Origin: an uncultured delta proteobacterium
GTDB lineage: Bacteria > Desulfobacterota > Syntrophobacteria > BM002
Assembly (NCBI GenBank): GCA_963712115.1
Contig: CAVQGX010000030.1
Coordinates: 160,001-224,000, forward strand
Direction: 5' to 3'
Length of the DNA: 64,000 nt
Position 1 is the stretch's first letter; the number at the start of each line of letters is the position of its first letter. Positions 10,576-20,227 of the stretch are shown one piece after another. The notes under the pieces are model-generated. The model did not search any database and was not told where the DNA came from. It saw nothing but the letters and a program-made list of their open reading frames with translations. Made by a program: the position numbers and the translations under genes.

Positions 10576-12570
10576 ATGAAGCCCTTCCAACTGGTTACAG
10601 ACTTTGAGCCCCGGGGCGATCAGCCCGGGGCGATCGAAGCCCTAGCGGACGGTGTAATGCAGGGGCTCAAGCACCAAGTGCTGCTAGGGGTCACCGGCTC
10701 AGGCAAAACTTTTACTATGGCAAATGTCATCGCCAAAGTTCAAAAACCGACCCTGGTTATTGCTCCCAACAAGACCTTGGCGGCCCAGCTTTATGGGGAA
10801 TTCAAGAGATTGTTTCCCCACAATGCGGTGGCTTACTTTGTCTCTTACTACGACTACTACCAACCCGAAGCTTATGTTCCCCAGACGGACACCTACATTG
10901 CCAAGGATGCCTCAATCAATGAAGAGATTGACAAGATGCGACACTCGGCCACCCGCTCCTTGCTCGAGCGGCGTGACGTCATAATTGTAGCTAGCGTCTC
11001 TTGTATTTACGGACTGGGTTCCCCAGAGGCCTATCAGGGCCTACTGCTCCACCTTGATCGAGGACAGCAAATTGAGCGGGAGAAAGTACTGAGAAAGTTG
11101 GTGGAAATCCATTATCAGCGCAGTGATATGGATTTCCACCGGGGTACCTTTAGGGTCAGGGGTGATGTGGTGGAAATCTTCCCCGCCCACGAGGAAGAGC
11201 GGGCCGTTCGGATTGAGTTCTTCGGGAACGAGGTGGAGCGCATACTCGAGATTGACCCGCTATGGGGAAAGGCGGTAGGGGAGCTGTCCCGACTGGCAGT
11301 TTATCCAGCGAGTCACTATGTTACCACGCGGCCAATGTTAGAGCAGGCCATTAAGAATATACAAGCTGAACTCCAGGAAAGATTAGTTGAATTAAGGGGG
11401 CAAGGAAAGCTACTGGAGGCCCAGCGGTTGGAAGAGCGATGCCGTTTCGATTTGGAAATGCTCCAGGAGCTGGGGTACTGTACGGGGATTGAGAACTACT
11501 CGCGCCACCTTACGGGCCGGGCACCAGGGGAACCGCCGCCTTGCTTGCTGGACTACTATCCGGATGACAGCCTTTTCTTTATCGATGAAAGCCACATCGC
11601 CGTGCCGCAGCTGCAGGGAATGTATCGTGGAGACCGGTCAAGAAAGCTTACGCTGGTGGATTACGGATTCCGTCTTCCTTCCGCCCTAGACAACCGGCCG
11701 TTATCCTTTGAAGAATTTGAGGTTGTAGTGCCGCAGCTTATTTATGTGTCGGCCACCCCGGCAGATTATGAGCTGAGGAAGGCCCAGGGAGTTGTAGTAG
11801 AGCAGATAATCCGGCCGACAGGGCTTATGGACCCGCAGATCAGCGTGAGGCCGGCCGAGCATCAGGTTGATGACCTCATCGGCGAGATCCGTCGCCGTGC
11901 AGAGCGCAATGAAAGAATTCTTGTCACCACTCTGACCAAGAGAATGGCGGAGGATCTCACCGAGTATCTCACAGACATGGGCATAAAAGTCCGCTATCTC
12001 CATTCTGACATAAATACCATCGAGCGAGTGGAGATCATCCGCGATTTGAGACTTGGGCGCTTTGATGTGTTGGTCGGCATAAATCTACTGCGAGAAGGTC
12101 TTGACATTCCGGAGGTTTCATTGGTCTCCATCCTGGATGCAGACAAAGAGGGGTTTTTGCGTTCGGCAAGATCACTAATTCAGACTTGCGGCAGGGCAGC
12201 TCGGAATGTGGCTGGCGAGGTAATTCTCTATGGAAGCGAAGTAACCCGATCAATGAGCAGAGCAGTGGAGGAGACCAACAGAAGACGCCTGATGCAGGCA
12301 GAATATAATCGAAAACATGGGATTACCCCGGAAAGCATTAGGAAGGAAATTCATAATATCCTGGATTCCGTTTACGAGTGTGACTATGTAACCGTACCGA
12401 CTGTAGAGGAAGAAATTGTAGAATATAAGACAGTTGAAGAATTGGATCAGTACATAGCAGGATTAGAAAAACAGATGAAAGAGGCGGCCACCAACCTGGA
12501 ATTCGAGGAAGCCGCCCGTTTGCGAGATGAAATAAGGGATCTCAAAGAACAGAGGTTGGAGGTTTATTGA
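10576..12570 (+). CDS. uvrB: excinuclease ABC subunit B
   Basis: [31 protein letters not shown] and a C-terminal UVR domain. Confidence 0.99.
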   Translation: MKPFQLVTDFEPRGDQPGAIEALADGVMQGLKHQVLLGVTGSGKTFTMANVIAKVQKPTLVIAPNKTLAAQLYGEFKRLFPHNAVAYFVSYYDYYQPEAYVPQTDTYIAKDASINEEIDKMRHSATRSLLERRDVIIVASVSCIYGLGSPEAYQGLLLHLDRGQQIEREKVLRKLVEIHYQRSDMDFHRGTFRVRGDVVEIFPAHEEERAVRIEFFGNEVERILEIDPLWGKAVGELSRLAVYPASHYVTTRPMLEQAIKNIQAELQERLVELRGQGKLLEAQRLEERCRFDLEMLQELGYCTGIENYSRHLTGRAPGEPPPCLLDYYPDDSLFFIDESHIAVPQLQGMYRGDRSRKLTLVDYGFRLPSALDNRPLSFEEFEVVVPQLIYVSATPADYELRKAQGVVVEQIIRPTGLMDPQISVRPAEHQVDDLIGEIRRRAERNERILVTTLTKRMAEDLTEYLTDMGIKVRYLHSDINTIERVEIIRDLRLGRFDVLVGINLLREGLDIPEVSLVSILDADKEGFLRSARSLIQTCGRAARNVAGEVILYGSEVTRSMSRAVEETNRRRLMQAEYNRKHGITPESIRKEIHNILDSVYECDYVTVPTVEEEIVEYKTVEELDQYIAGLEKQMKEAATNLEFEEAARLRDEIRDLKEQRLEVY

Positions 12571-12696
12571 CGCGCTTAGCGCGTCAATAGCGAGACTGGA
12601 TGTCGGGGGGAAAGCGATTTGATGTCCCCGTCTCGCACCTCTTGCCAGTCTCGCACGTCTCGCAATTTGCTGTCGTTGGTAATTGGACACACTAAC

Positions 12697-14556
12697 ATGA
12701 CCAAACCCAACAAACTTAAGGAAAAGCTGGACAACTTTCCCTCAAGCCCTGGTGTTTATCTTATGAAGGACTCCCGGGGCAAAATTCTCTACGTGGGGAA
12801 AGGAAAGGACCTGCGCAAGCGGGTTCTTTCATACTTCCAGGGAAAGGATCACTCTTCTCCCAAAATCAGGGTGCTGGTCAAGAAGGTCTCGGATTTAGAG
12901 TTCATTATCACAGGTTCAGAGAAAGAGGCACTTATTCTTGAGTCAAATCTTATCAAACACCACCGGCCCCGATACAACGTAGTCCTCCGGGATGACAAGA
13001 GATACCTGGTCCTGCGCTTGGATCCGAAGGAAGATTATCCAAGGCTAACCCTGGTGCGGAGCATCCGTAGAGACGGTGCCCTTTACTTTGGCCCATACGC
13101 TTCAGCCCATGCAGTGAGGCAGACTCTCAAGATGTTACACGGTATGTTCCCTTTGCGTCAGTGCAGTGGCCGCAAGTTTAAGAGCCGCCAGCGCCCCTGT
13201 TTGAATCACCAGATGGGCCGTTGCCTTGGATTGTGCGCCGGCACCGTCACACCTGGGGAATATGCGCCGGTAGTTGAGCAGGCCGTGCTTTTCTTGAGGG
13301 GTCGCACTCGGGACCTGCAGATTAAATTGCGGCGGGAAATGGAGCGAGCTGCTGATGGGCTCGAGTTTGAAAAGGCCGCTATGTATCGAGACCGTCTGAA
13401 AGCGGTGGAAAAGACTCTGGAGAAGCAGCTAATGGTTTCTTCCCGCTTTCGAGATCAGGATGTGATTGGCACGCATGAATCCGGAGAAAATCTTGGCCTG
13501 GCAATCCTCTTTATCAGAGAAGGCCGCATGGTTGGGAGTCGGGCCTTTGTCTTCAAAGACAGTAAGAACAGCGCGCCGGAGATATTGCGCGGTTTTATTC
13601 TGCAATATTACGACAAGGGCAAGTCGATCCCTGAAGAAATATTGATGAGTGAATCTGTCTTAGAACAAGATTTACTGGCGGAATGGCTATCAGACCTTAA
13701 AGAGAAACGGGTCACCCTTCGGGTCCCTAAAAGAGGAGAGGGTAGGCGCTTATTGACCATGGCCTGTCAAAATGCAGCGAACTATGTAATGAGTGAAATG
13801 CCAAGGCCTACCGATCCTCTTCCTGCGTTGGAGCGATTACAACAAAGGTTGGAGTTGGAATCTTTTCCCCATCGCTTGGAGTGTGTTGACATATCCAATT
13901 TCCGCGGCCAGTTTCCGGTGGGTTCGCTTGTGGTTTTTGAGGATGGTGAGCCGGACAAATCGGCCTACCGCAGGTATCGTATCCGGGATGTTGTTCAGAT
14001 AGACGATCCAGCGATGATGGCTGAAGTTATAAAACGAAGGTTCACTGATGAACGAGACTCGAAAGTGTTGCCAGATCTTCTCGTGGTTGACGGTGGAAAG
14101 GCGCAACTTAACCAGACCATGGCGATCCTTGATGACCTCGACTTGAAGTGGATGGTACCGGTGGTGGCCCTGGCGAAGAAGCAACGGCCAGCAGAGCAGG
14201 CTGAACCAGGTAAAAGTGACCGGCTTTATCTGGCGGGAAGAAAGACTCCTTTGCTACTTAAGAATGATCCGCCATTACAATTTCTCCTTGGCCGCCTGCG
14301 CGATGAGGCCCATCGTTTTGCCATAGAGTATTATCAAAAACGTCACCGCAAAAGCACACTTCACTCCCGACTGGATGATATTCGTGGAATAGGACCTAAA
14401 CGACGTCGCGCTTTGATTCAATATTTCGGCTCGGTAAAGCAGTTGGCTAAAGCCACTGTTGAGGAAATTAGTGAGGTTGCAGGGGTCAGCAGTAAACTGG
14501 CAGAAGAGATCTTATTTGCTTTGAGAAGTAATTCCTCTGACAAAATGACAATTTAG
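12697..14556 (+). CDS. uvrC: excinuclease ABC subunit C
   Basis: GIY-YIG (PGVYLMKD...YVGK), CxxC cluster, RNase H-like domain (DISN, VDGGKAQ, RDEAHRFA) and HhH. Start placed at ATG 12697. Confidence 0.98.
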   Translation: MTKPNKLKEKLDNFPSSPGVYLMKDSRGKILYVGKGKDLRKRVLSYFQGKDHSSPKIRVLVKKVSDLEFIITGSEKEALILESNLIKHHRPRYNVVLRDDKRYLVLRLDPKEDYPRLTLVRSIRRDGALYFGPYASAHAVRQTLKMLHGMFPLRQCSGRKFKSRQRPCLNHQMGRCLGLCAGTVTPGEYAPVVEQAVLFLRGRTRDLQIKLRREMERAADGLEFEKAAMYRDRLKAVEKTLEKQLMVSSRFRDQDVIGTHESGENLGLAILFIREGRMVGSRAFVFKDSKNSAPEILRGFILQYYDKGKSIPEEILMSESVLEQDLLAEWLSDLKEKRVTLRVPKRGEGRRLLTMACQNAANYVMSEMPRPTDPLPALERLQQRLELESFPHRLECVDISNFRGQFPVGSLVVFEDGEPDKSAYRRYRIRDVVQIDDPAMMAEVIKRRFTDERDSKVLPDLLVVDGGKAQLNQTMAILDDLDLKWMVPVVALAKKQRPAEQAEPGKSDRLYLAGRKTPLLLKNDPPLQFLLGRLRDEAHRFAIEYYQKRHRKSTLHSRLDDIRGIGPKRRRALIQYFGSVKQLAKATVEEISEVAGVSSKLAEEILFALRSNSSDKMTI

Positions 14557-14576
14557 TATTATTATTTAAATATTTA

Positions 14577-14722
14577 AGGTTTCAGTGTTCAGTGTTCAGG
14601 TTTCAGCTTTTATGTTTCTTTTTCCTGACACCTGAAACCCGAAACCCGACACCTAAGACCCTGAGATTTGGTGCTTGGAATTTGTAGTTTTGCAATGGAC
14701 GCAGGGGGCAGCTCAAAGCCGG
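14577..14722 (+). repeat. dispersed composite repeat, family B copy 1
   Basis: GGTTTCAGTGTTCAG, a T-rich loop, CTGACACCTGA, CCCTGAGATTTGGTGCTTGGAATTTG and GGGGGCAGCTCAAAGCCGG; homologous to 31921-32045, 33228-33414 and 63391-63467. Confidence 0.7.
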
Positions 14723-14769
14723 ACACTTTGGAATTATTCTATTGATTGCCCAGAGAGGAGAACAGGCAG

Positions 14770-16245
14770 ATGGAAGAGGTAAGAGTTCGTTTCCCGCCCA
14801 GTCCCACTGGATACTTACATATCGGTGGAGCCAGAACCGCTATCTATAACTGGCTTTTTGCTCAAAAGACAGGAGGAAAGTTTATCCTCCGCATTGAGGA
14901 CACTGATGTTGAACGGTCCACCAAAGAATCTATCAGGGGCATTGTGGATGGGCTCGACTGGCTTGGAATAACCTGGGACGAAGGTCCTTATTTTCAATCG
15001 GCCTATGCGGATGATCACCGGAGAGCGGCGCAGAAATTGGTGGAGATCGGTCATGCTTACAAATGCTTCTGTACCCAAGAGGAACTGGAAGGAAAGCGAC
15101 AAGAGGCAAAAAGGAGAAAGGAAGACTATCATTACGACGGCACCTGCCGAAACCTTTCTGTTGATGAAGTAAAGCGATTGGAGGCTGAGGCCAGACCCTA
15201 CGTGATTCGTTTCAGGGTGGTTCGTGGTCCAGGGGGTGTGGTTTTTCAAGATGCGGTTTACGGAGTGATAGAGAAGAAATACAGGGATATTGAAGACTTC
15301 GTTATCCTTCGCTCCGATGGTTCTCCCCTCTATGTTCTTTCCAACGCCGTGGATGATATCCGCGATCGAATTACCCATGTGATTCGAGGTCAAGACCATC
15401 TGGCCAACACACCCAAGCAAATAATGATTTATGAGGCCCTTGGAGAAAAGTTGCCCCGATTCGCTCACATGCCACTTACTCTGGATCCACAAAAGCGCAA
15501 GATTTCCAAAAGGGCTCACGGTGAGGTGGTGTCAGTGCAGTATTATCGTGAGCGGGGCTTCTTGCCCTGGGCTCTGGTTAATTTCCTTGTTCTCCTGGGA
15601 TGGTCCACTTCAGATAATCGGGAGATTTTTTCTCAGGCGCAACTCATTGAGGCTTTTTCTTTGGAAGGCATCAACCGGGCAAATTCCGTATTCGACATTC
15701 GCAAGGATGACCCCAAGTTCTTCACCGATCCCAAGGCGATAAGTATCAATGCCCATTACTTACGAACTATTGAGGTTGAAGAGTTGTTGCCTTACGTACA
15801 AGCAGAAATGGAGGCAGCCGGGTTGTGGGATCCCGCCTTCGGTTCCGAAAAAAAATCCTGGTTTGCCTCCACCGTGGACCTCATCCGCAGCCGTTACCAC
15901 ACCACAAAAGATTTCGTCAATCTGGGACGATGTTATTTTGCAGATGACTTCCCAATTGAAGACCAGGTGCTGCGCAAGAACATCTTGAAGCATGAAAATC
16001 TCAAACAATGGCTGCCCTTGATGGCGGACCGGCTAGAAGAACTGGAAGAGTTCACCGTCGATCTGATAGAGCAGGTTATCCGTGACCTTGCTGCCGAGTT
16101 GGATGTCAAGGCAGGGATTCTCATAAATGGCGCACGGGCTGCTGCTACCGGGCAGGCTGCCGGGCCCGGTCTTTTCGAGGTGCTCGCAGCTGTGGGTAAA
16201 GAGAGAGTGCTGCACCGTCTGCGAGAAGCCCCCAATTTGTATTAG
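14770..16245 (+). CDS. gltX: glutamate--tRNA ligase
   Basis: RFPPSPTGYLHIGGARTA, LRIEDTD, HVIRGQDHLANTPKQ and KISKR motifs; RBS GAGGAG before ATG 14770. Confidence 0.97.
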   Translation: MEEVRVRFPPSPTGYLHIGGARTAIYNWLFAQKTGGKFILRIEDTDVERSTKESIRGIVDGLDWLGITWDEGPYFQSAYADDHRRAAQKLVEIGHAYKCFCTQEELEGKRQEAKRRKEDYHYDGTCRNLSVDEVKRLEAEARPYVIRFRVVRGPGGVVFQDAVYGVIEKKYRDIEDFVILRSDGSPLYVLSNAVDDIRDRITHVIRGQDHLANTPKQIMIYEALGEKLPRFAHMPLTLDPQKRKISKRAHGEVVSVQYYRERGFLPWALVNFLVLLGWSTSDNREIFSQAQLIEAFSLEGINRANSVFDIRKDDPKFFTDPKAISINAHYLRTIEVEELLPYVQAEMEAAGLWDPAFGSEKKSWFASTVDLIRSRYHTTKDFVNLGRCYFADDFPIEDQVLRKNILKHENLKQWLPLMADRLEELEEFTVDLIEQVIRDLAAELDVKAGILINGARAAATGQAAGPGLFEVLAAVGKERVLHRLREAPNLY

Positions 16246-16328
16246 AAATAACACACCGCCTGCCTCTAAATCCCCCATAAATTTTCCTTTAGGCGAAGAG
16301 GATATGGCTGATCAGTCTTCTCTGACGC

Positions 16329-16344
16329 TGGCACGTTTCTTGAA
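16329..16344 (+). promoter_or_regulatory. candidate sigma54 (-24/-12) promoter
   Basis: TGGCACGTTTCTTGAA has a perfect -24 TGGCACG, correct spacing, and TTGA in place of TTGC at -12. Confidence 0.5.
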
Positions 16345-16363
16345 CGTATTACTCCCTGCACTA

Positions 16364-16558
16364 TAACCCGGATGTTTTATGAATTACTTACTACGACCAC
16401 GGATATGGTCATCCTTCCGTGCGTCCTCGGGTGTTGGCCCCTGCGACGTACCATTCAGGTACGCCTCGGATCCAATCCCGCGGTACCGCGGGACGGTTGC
16501 CCGGTGGCACGCCCATCTTCGTGGTCTCGTGACAGCAATTCATGAAACATCCGGGCTA
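16364..16558 (+). mobile_element. MITE family A, copy 1 (195 bp)
   Basis: Terminal inverted repeats TAACCCGGATGTTTTATGAATT/AATTCATGAAACATCCGGGCTA, TA at both ends, internal palindrome TCCCGCGGTACCGCGGGA; three more copies in the window. Confidence 0.88.
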
Positions 16559-16625
16559 AGACTTTTAAAGATGCGGAGAAGAATTTTGAGTGGAACTTAG
16601 CTGGTCAGAGAGGAGTAGGTGTTAA

Positions 16626-17135
16626 ATGACACTCGGTGAACTGCCTTCTAGCGGAATTTACATTGATATTGCTTTAGGGCTGGTGGTACTGCTAGTGCTG
16701 TTCTATCAGATGGCCGCACAGCAGAGAGCAAGGAAAAAAATTGGCGAGCTGGAGAAACGAATCGCCGCAGCTGAGGAAGTCCAGGCGGCGGTGTTCGCCA
16801 ACTTGGAAAAGAAGGCTAATGCATTAAAGGAAATAGTCTTTGAGAAAACAAAGCCCATGACTAACAAGCTCAATGAACTCTCCAAGAAAGCCAGCATAAT
16901 GCTCGAGAAAAATGAAGCGGTCCGACGTGAGTTGGAAGATCAAATAGGACCCCTCAGATCTTCAATAGATGAAACAACTACCAAATTTAATTCCTCCCAG
17001 GATGCCATAAGGCAAGTGGTCCAAGATGGTAAGAACGAGATCGAGAGAATGACAAAAGAAGTAGAAGGGTTTAAAGAGGAAATCAAAAAAGTAAAAGATT
17101 TCATCCGGGACGGCATTATTGACGTTGAGCTATAG
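16626..17135 (+). CDS. hypothetical protein with a single N-terminal TM helix and long coiled coil
   Basis: Hydrophobic IALGLVVLLVLFY then heptad-rich charged sequence; RBS GAGGAG/AGGT; 3 nt before the next gene. Confidence 0.75.
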   Translation: MTLGELPSSGIYIDIALGLVVLLVLFYQMAAQQRARKKIGELEKRIAAAEEVQAAVFANLEKKANALKEIVFEKTKPMTNKLNELSKKASIMLEKNEAVRRELEDQIGPLRSSIDETTTKFNSSQDAIRQVVQDGKNEIERMTKEVEGFKEEIKKVKDFIRDGIIDVEL

Positions 17136-17138
17136 CCC

Positions 17139-18233
17139 ATGAAAGAAAGCAACGCTACCATCCTTTTCGCCGACCTCATGAATTCTACGGAGTTGGCCAA
17201 GAACCTTACCCTGCTGGAATACGATGACATGCTCGTCGATTTTCAGAACACCATGTTCGAGGTGGTTTCTCACCACCTGGATTACTTTGGATATGAAGGG
17301 GAGGGCGTGGACTCGGAATGGTCAATCTCTGGAGACGAACTTAGAGTTTTCCTCTATTCCGACAACATGGATTTCGATATTCGCAGCGCCCTGCTGATAG
17401 CCACCAAGATCAAACTTGCCTGGCTGTCTTCAGGCTTCAACCAAAGAGTGCTCAGCGAACAGCGGCTGGTATCTCGTATCGGAGTGGGTATCAATTGCGG
17501 CAAGGTGATAAAAGATGTCAGGCCATGGCGGGTGAAGATAGGCAAGGCGGGGCAAAATATTGAAGGTTACGCCATCAATCTGACCAAGCGTATAGAGTCA
17601 GCCTCGCGGGAAGGCAACGTTTATCAGATCATGGTCGGTGCCAGTCTCTACAAGAGATGTCAGCAAAACAAACGAATGAATGTGGCTTTCAGCCACCCGA
17701 GGAGTCTGGTTTTTAAGGGTCTTGGCCAAAAAATACCGGTGTACGAGGTTGTTTCTTTTATCAACTTCGAGATATTGCCCTCCATGCCCGCCCCCTTACA
17801 AGAGGGTCTCATGGAAAAGATGGAGAACACCGTTCGAGATGCTATGCCCGAACCGTGGATTTTTATCGTTCTCTTGCGTTCTTACATTTCCATGTTGGCC
17901 TCAAGTCGCGACGAGTACGCCGATGTCAAAGCAGTGGAGCTTGCCCAACAGGCGCTGGACGTGGTGGATTACAAGCCGGTTATTTACAATATGCTGGGGT
18001 GGCTTTACACTAATGGTAAAAATGTTCGGAATTTGGAAATGGCCTTTCACTATCTTGACCAGTGTCTAGGCCTAGAGCCCAAGAATGAAGCTGCCCTTTT
18101 GCACCGGGCTAGAATTCTAGAGGAGATGGGCCAGACCGATCTTGCCCGGCATGCCTATCAAGAAATTCTATTTCAAAACCGAGAACACCCCATAGCAAGA
18201 AGAAAACTTGCCCAGTACCAGGTCGCCAATTAG
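17139..18233 (+). CDS. class III adenylate/guanylate cyclase domain protein with C-terminal TPRs
   Basis: ILFADLMNST, SGDEL, RIGVGINCG, GYAINLTKRIES and FKG motifs; TPR-like helices at the C-terminus (IYNMLGWLY, ALLHRARIL). Confidence 0.85.
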   Translation: MKESNATILFADLMNSTELAKNLTLLEYDDMLVDFQNTMFEVVSHHLDYFGYEGEGVDSEWSISGDELRVFLYSDNMDFDIRSALLIATKIKLAWLSSGFNQRVLSEQRLVSRIGVGINCGKVIKDVRPWRVKIGKAGQNIEGYAINLTKRIESASREGNVYQIMVGASLYKRCQQNKRMNVAFSHPRSLVFKGLGQKIPVYEVVSFINFEILPSMPAPLQEGLMEKMENTVRDAMPEPWIFIVLLRSYISMLASSRDEYADVKAVELAQQALDVVDYKPVIYNMLGWLYTNGKNVRNLEMAFHYLDQCLGLEPKNEAALLHRARILEEMGQTDLARHAYQEILFQNREHPIARRKLAQYQVAN

Positions 18234-18234
18234 T

Positions 18235-18388
18235 GTCGATAAAACCGTTTACATCGTTGAAGTCGTTCAAATCGTAGAAACCGTCCATCACAGAGGTCAG
18301 AAGTCGGAGATCAGAGATCAGCTTTAGCTCTGACCTCTACCTGCTGCCAGCTGTATTTCCCCATGCCCTTTGCGCTATGCTCTATGCC
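18235..18388. repeat. mosaic of 9-mer and 7-mer repeat modules between convergent genes
   Basis: (AAATCGTTG-like)n, (TCAGAGA-like)n and (GCTCTAT/GCCCTTT-like)n in series. Confidence 0.6.
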
Positions 18389-18389
18389 C

Positions 18390-18929
18390 TCAAAAAGAGA
18401 TGGGCTCAACATCGTCCTCGTTGAGTTCTACTGAAACCGCCTGTTGAATAATATCTATGGCCACTACCAATCTTGATTTCTCATGCTTCTTGCGAACCAA
18501 AATCCCTTCACAACCATAGAGAGGGCCATTGACAATCCTTACTAGCATTCCTTCCTTTAAATAGGGATGAACCGTAAGCACAGTGGCGTTGCTGAGAAGT
18601 GTTATCAGGCTGCTCATCTGACTGTCAGGTACTGGCAGGGGGCCGTCCTCGTTGCGAACTATTCGGACAACTCCAGGTGTCTGCAAAATCTTCAATTGTT
18701 CGTAGTTGTCGAGTGAGGCACGCACAAAGAGGTAGCCAGGGAAAATCGGCATCTGGATCTTTTTGCGTCGGTCCCTCCGTTTACTCCAGCGCTCCATCTG
18801 CGGCAAGAGACAGTCGAAGGACTTGGCCAGCAAACGAGAGTATACCTTGCTCTCGTGGCGAACCTGGGCGTAGACGGCATACCAAGCTGGTGTCATATGA
18901 GAGACCGGATCTGTCATTACTTGTTCCAA
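18390..18929 (-). CDS. specialised NusG paralog (UpxY/LoaP/RfaH-like antiterminator)
   Basis: NGN domain (WYAVY, PIFPGYLFV, ILQTPGVV) plus KOW (GMLVRIVNGPLYGCEG); exact start uncertain. Confidence 0.88.
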   Translation of the reverse strand: MEQVMTDPVSHMTPAWYAVYAQVRHESKVYSRLLAKSFDCLLPQMERWSKRRDRRKKIQMPIFPGYLFVRASLDNYEQLKILQTPGVVRIVRNEDGPLPVPDSQMSSLITLLSNATVLTVHPYLKEGMLVRIVNGPLYGCEGILVRKKHEKSRLVVAIDIIQQAVSVELNEDDVEPISF

Positions 18930-19000
18930 TATGAAGATATTATCCAGCCAGAATCTCTGGATGGATATTACTAATGCAATCCTTAAAGAAACGGTCCCCC

Positions 19001-19218
19001 TAGCCCGGATGTTTCATGAATTGCTGTGGCGAGACCACGAGGATGGCTGTGCCACCGGGCAACCGTCCCGCGGTACCGCGGGATTGGATCCGAGGCGCAC
19101 CTGAACGGTACGTCGCAGGGTGAGCTTGTCCTGAGCCCGTCGAAGGAACACCCGAGGACGCCCGGAAGGACGGTCATATCCGTGGTCGCAGTAAGCCATT
19201 CATGAAACATCCGGGCTA
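19001..19218 (-). mobile_element. MITE family A, copy 2 (218 bp, inverted, with nested insertion)
   Basis: Perfect 21-bp terminal repeats TAGCCCGGATGTTTCATGAAT, CTAG at both junctions, and an extra segment at about 19121-19146. Confidence 0.88.
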
Positions 19219-19435
19219 GTGTTTCAAAGGATGGTATCGCTCCGTTCTTCTGGTTGTCAAGAATTAATTGGCGGGCCGAATTACCCATTGAATACCCTCC
19301 TTGATACCACTTGACAAAGCAGGTTAAATAAACGAAATAATAGGAACCTTCAGCTAGCCGCGTCATTCACGAATCCTTTTGGAGTTACCCGTAGACAATC
19401 TACCTGGTAATATCGCCAGTAAGGGAGCCGCTGAT

Positions 19436-20227
19436 ATGGCTCAGTTGCAAGTTCAAGATCTTCACTTAATTTTTGGCGGCTTAACCGCTCTCAACGGCAT
19501 TAGCCTTTCGGTACATTCAGGTGAAATTTTTGCCATCATTGGTCCCAACGGTGCTGGTAAGACCTGCATTCTGAATTGTATTTGCAGGTTCTACCATCCG
19601 GACCAGGGCAGCGTTACCTTTGAAGGCCAGGAAATCACCAATTTTGCCCCCCACAAGATAGCAGGATTGGGCATAGCCCGAACTTTTCAGAACATTGAAC
19701 TGTTTCAGGGAATGACTGTGTTGGACAATATTAAGCTTGGGGCACATGTCCACTTGCAATCTGGTTTTCTCGCCGGCGGCTTTTACTGGGGTAAAGCTCG
19801 CAGAGAGGAGATAAAGCTCAGGCGGGAGGTGGAGGAACAGATCATTGACTTGTTGGAAATCCAGGCTATTCGCAAAAAAATCGTTGGCACTCTGCCTTAC
19901 GGCTTGCAGAAGCGAGTAGAATTGGCCCGTGCTCTGGCCATGAGGCCAAAGATTTTACTTCTAGATGAACCCATGGCAGGGATGAATTTGGAAGAAACAG
20001 AGGACATGGCTCGCTTTATACTAGATATTAATGAAGAGAGGGGAGTGACTATAGTTCTTATCGAACACGATATGGGCGTGGTCATGGACATTTCAGACCG
20101 GGTTTTCGTGCTTGATTTCGGCACTAGAATTGCCGAAGGGCCGCCGGAAGAGATCCAGCATAACGAACACGTGATAAATGCCTATTTGGGCGGCTCGGAT
20201 GCGGCATTTTCCAAATTGGGAATTTAA
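19436..20227 (+). CDS. ABC transporter ATP-binding protein (LivG-like)
   Basis: GPNGAGKT, RTFQN, LPYGLQKRVELARAL, LLLDEP and IEHDM motifs. Confidence 0.93.
   Translation: MAQLQVQDLHLIFGGLTALNGISLSVHSGEIFAIIGPNGAGKTCILNCICRFYHPDQGSVTFEGQEITNFAPHKIAGLGIARTFQNIELFQGMTVLDNIKLGAHVHLQSGFLAGGFYWGKARREEIKLRREVEEQIIDLLEIQAIRKKIVGTLPYGLQKRVELARALAMRPKILLLDEPMAGMNLEETEDMARFILDINEERGVTIVLIEHDMGVVMDISDRVFVLDFGTRIAEGPPEEIQHNEHVINAYLGGSDAAFSKLGI

Noticed and set aside
14815-15519. Long antisense ORFs (234 aa here; also 7288-7866, 49435-50001, 63424-63972)
   Set aside because: They lie opposite well-conserved genes and show no recognisable motifs.
16379-16600. Similar 60-120 aa ORFs (…PCDVPFRYASDPIPRYRGTV…) at 16379, 18983, 29667 and 37764
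   Set aside because: They are translations of the MITE. The copies differ by many amino-acid changes, copy 2 is frame-shifted by its insertion, and the C-termini run into unrelated flanks.
16626-18233. Pycsar or CBASS defence system
   Set aside because: No cNMP-binding or TIR effector and no other defence genes nearby; kept only as an unusual cyclase pair.
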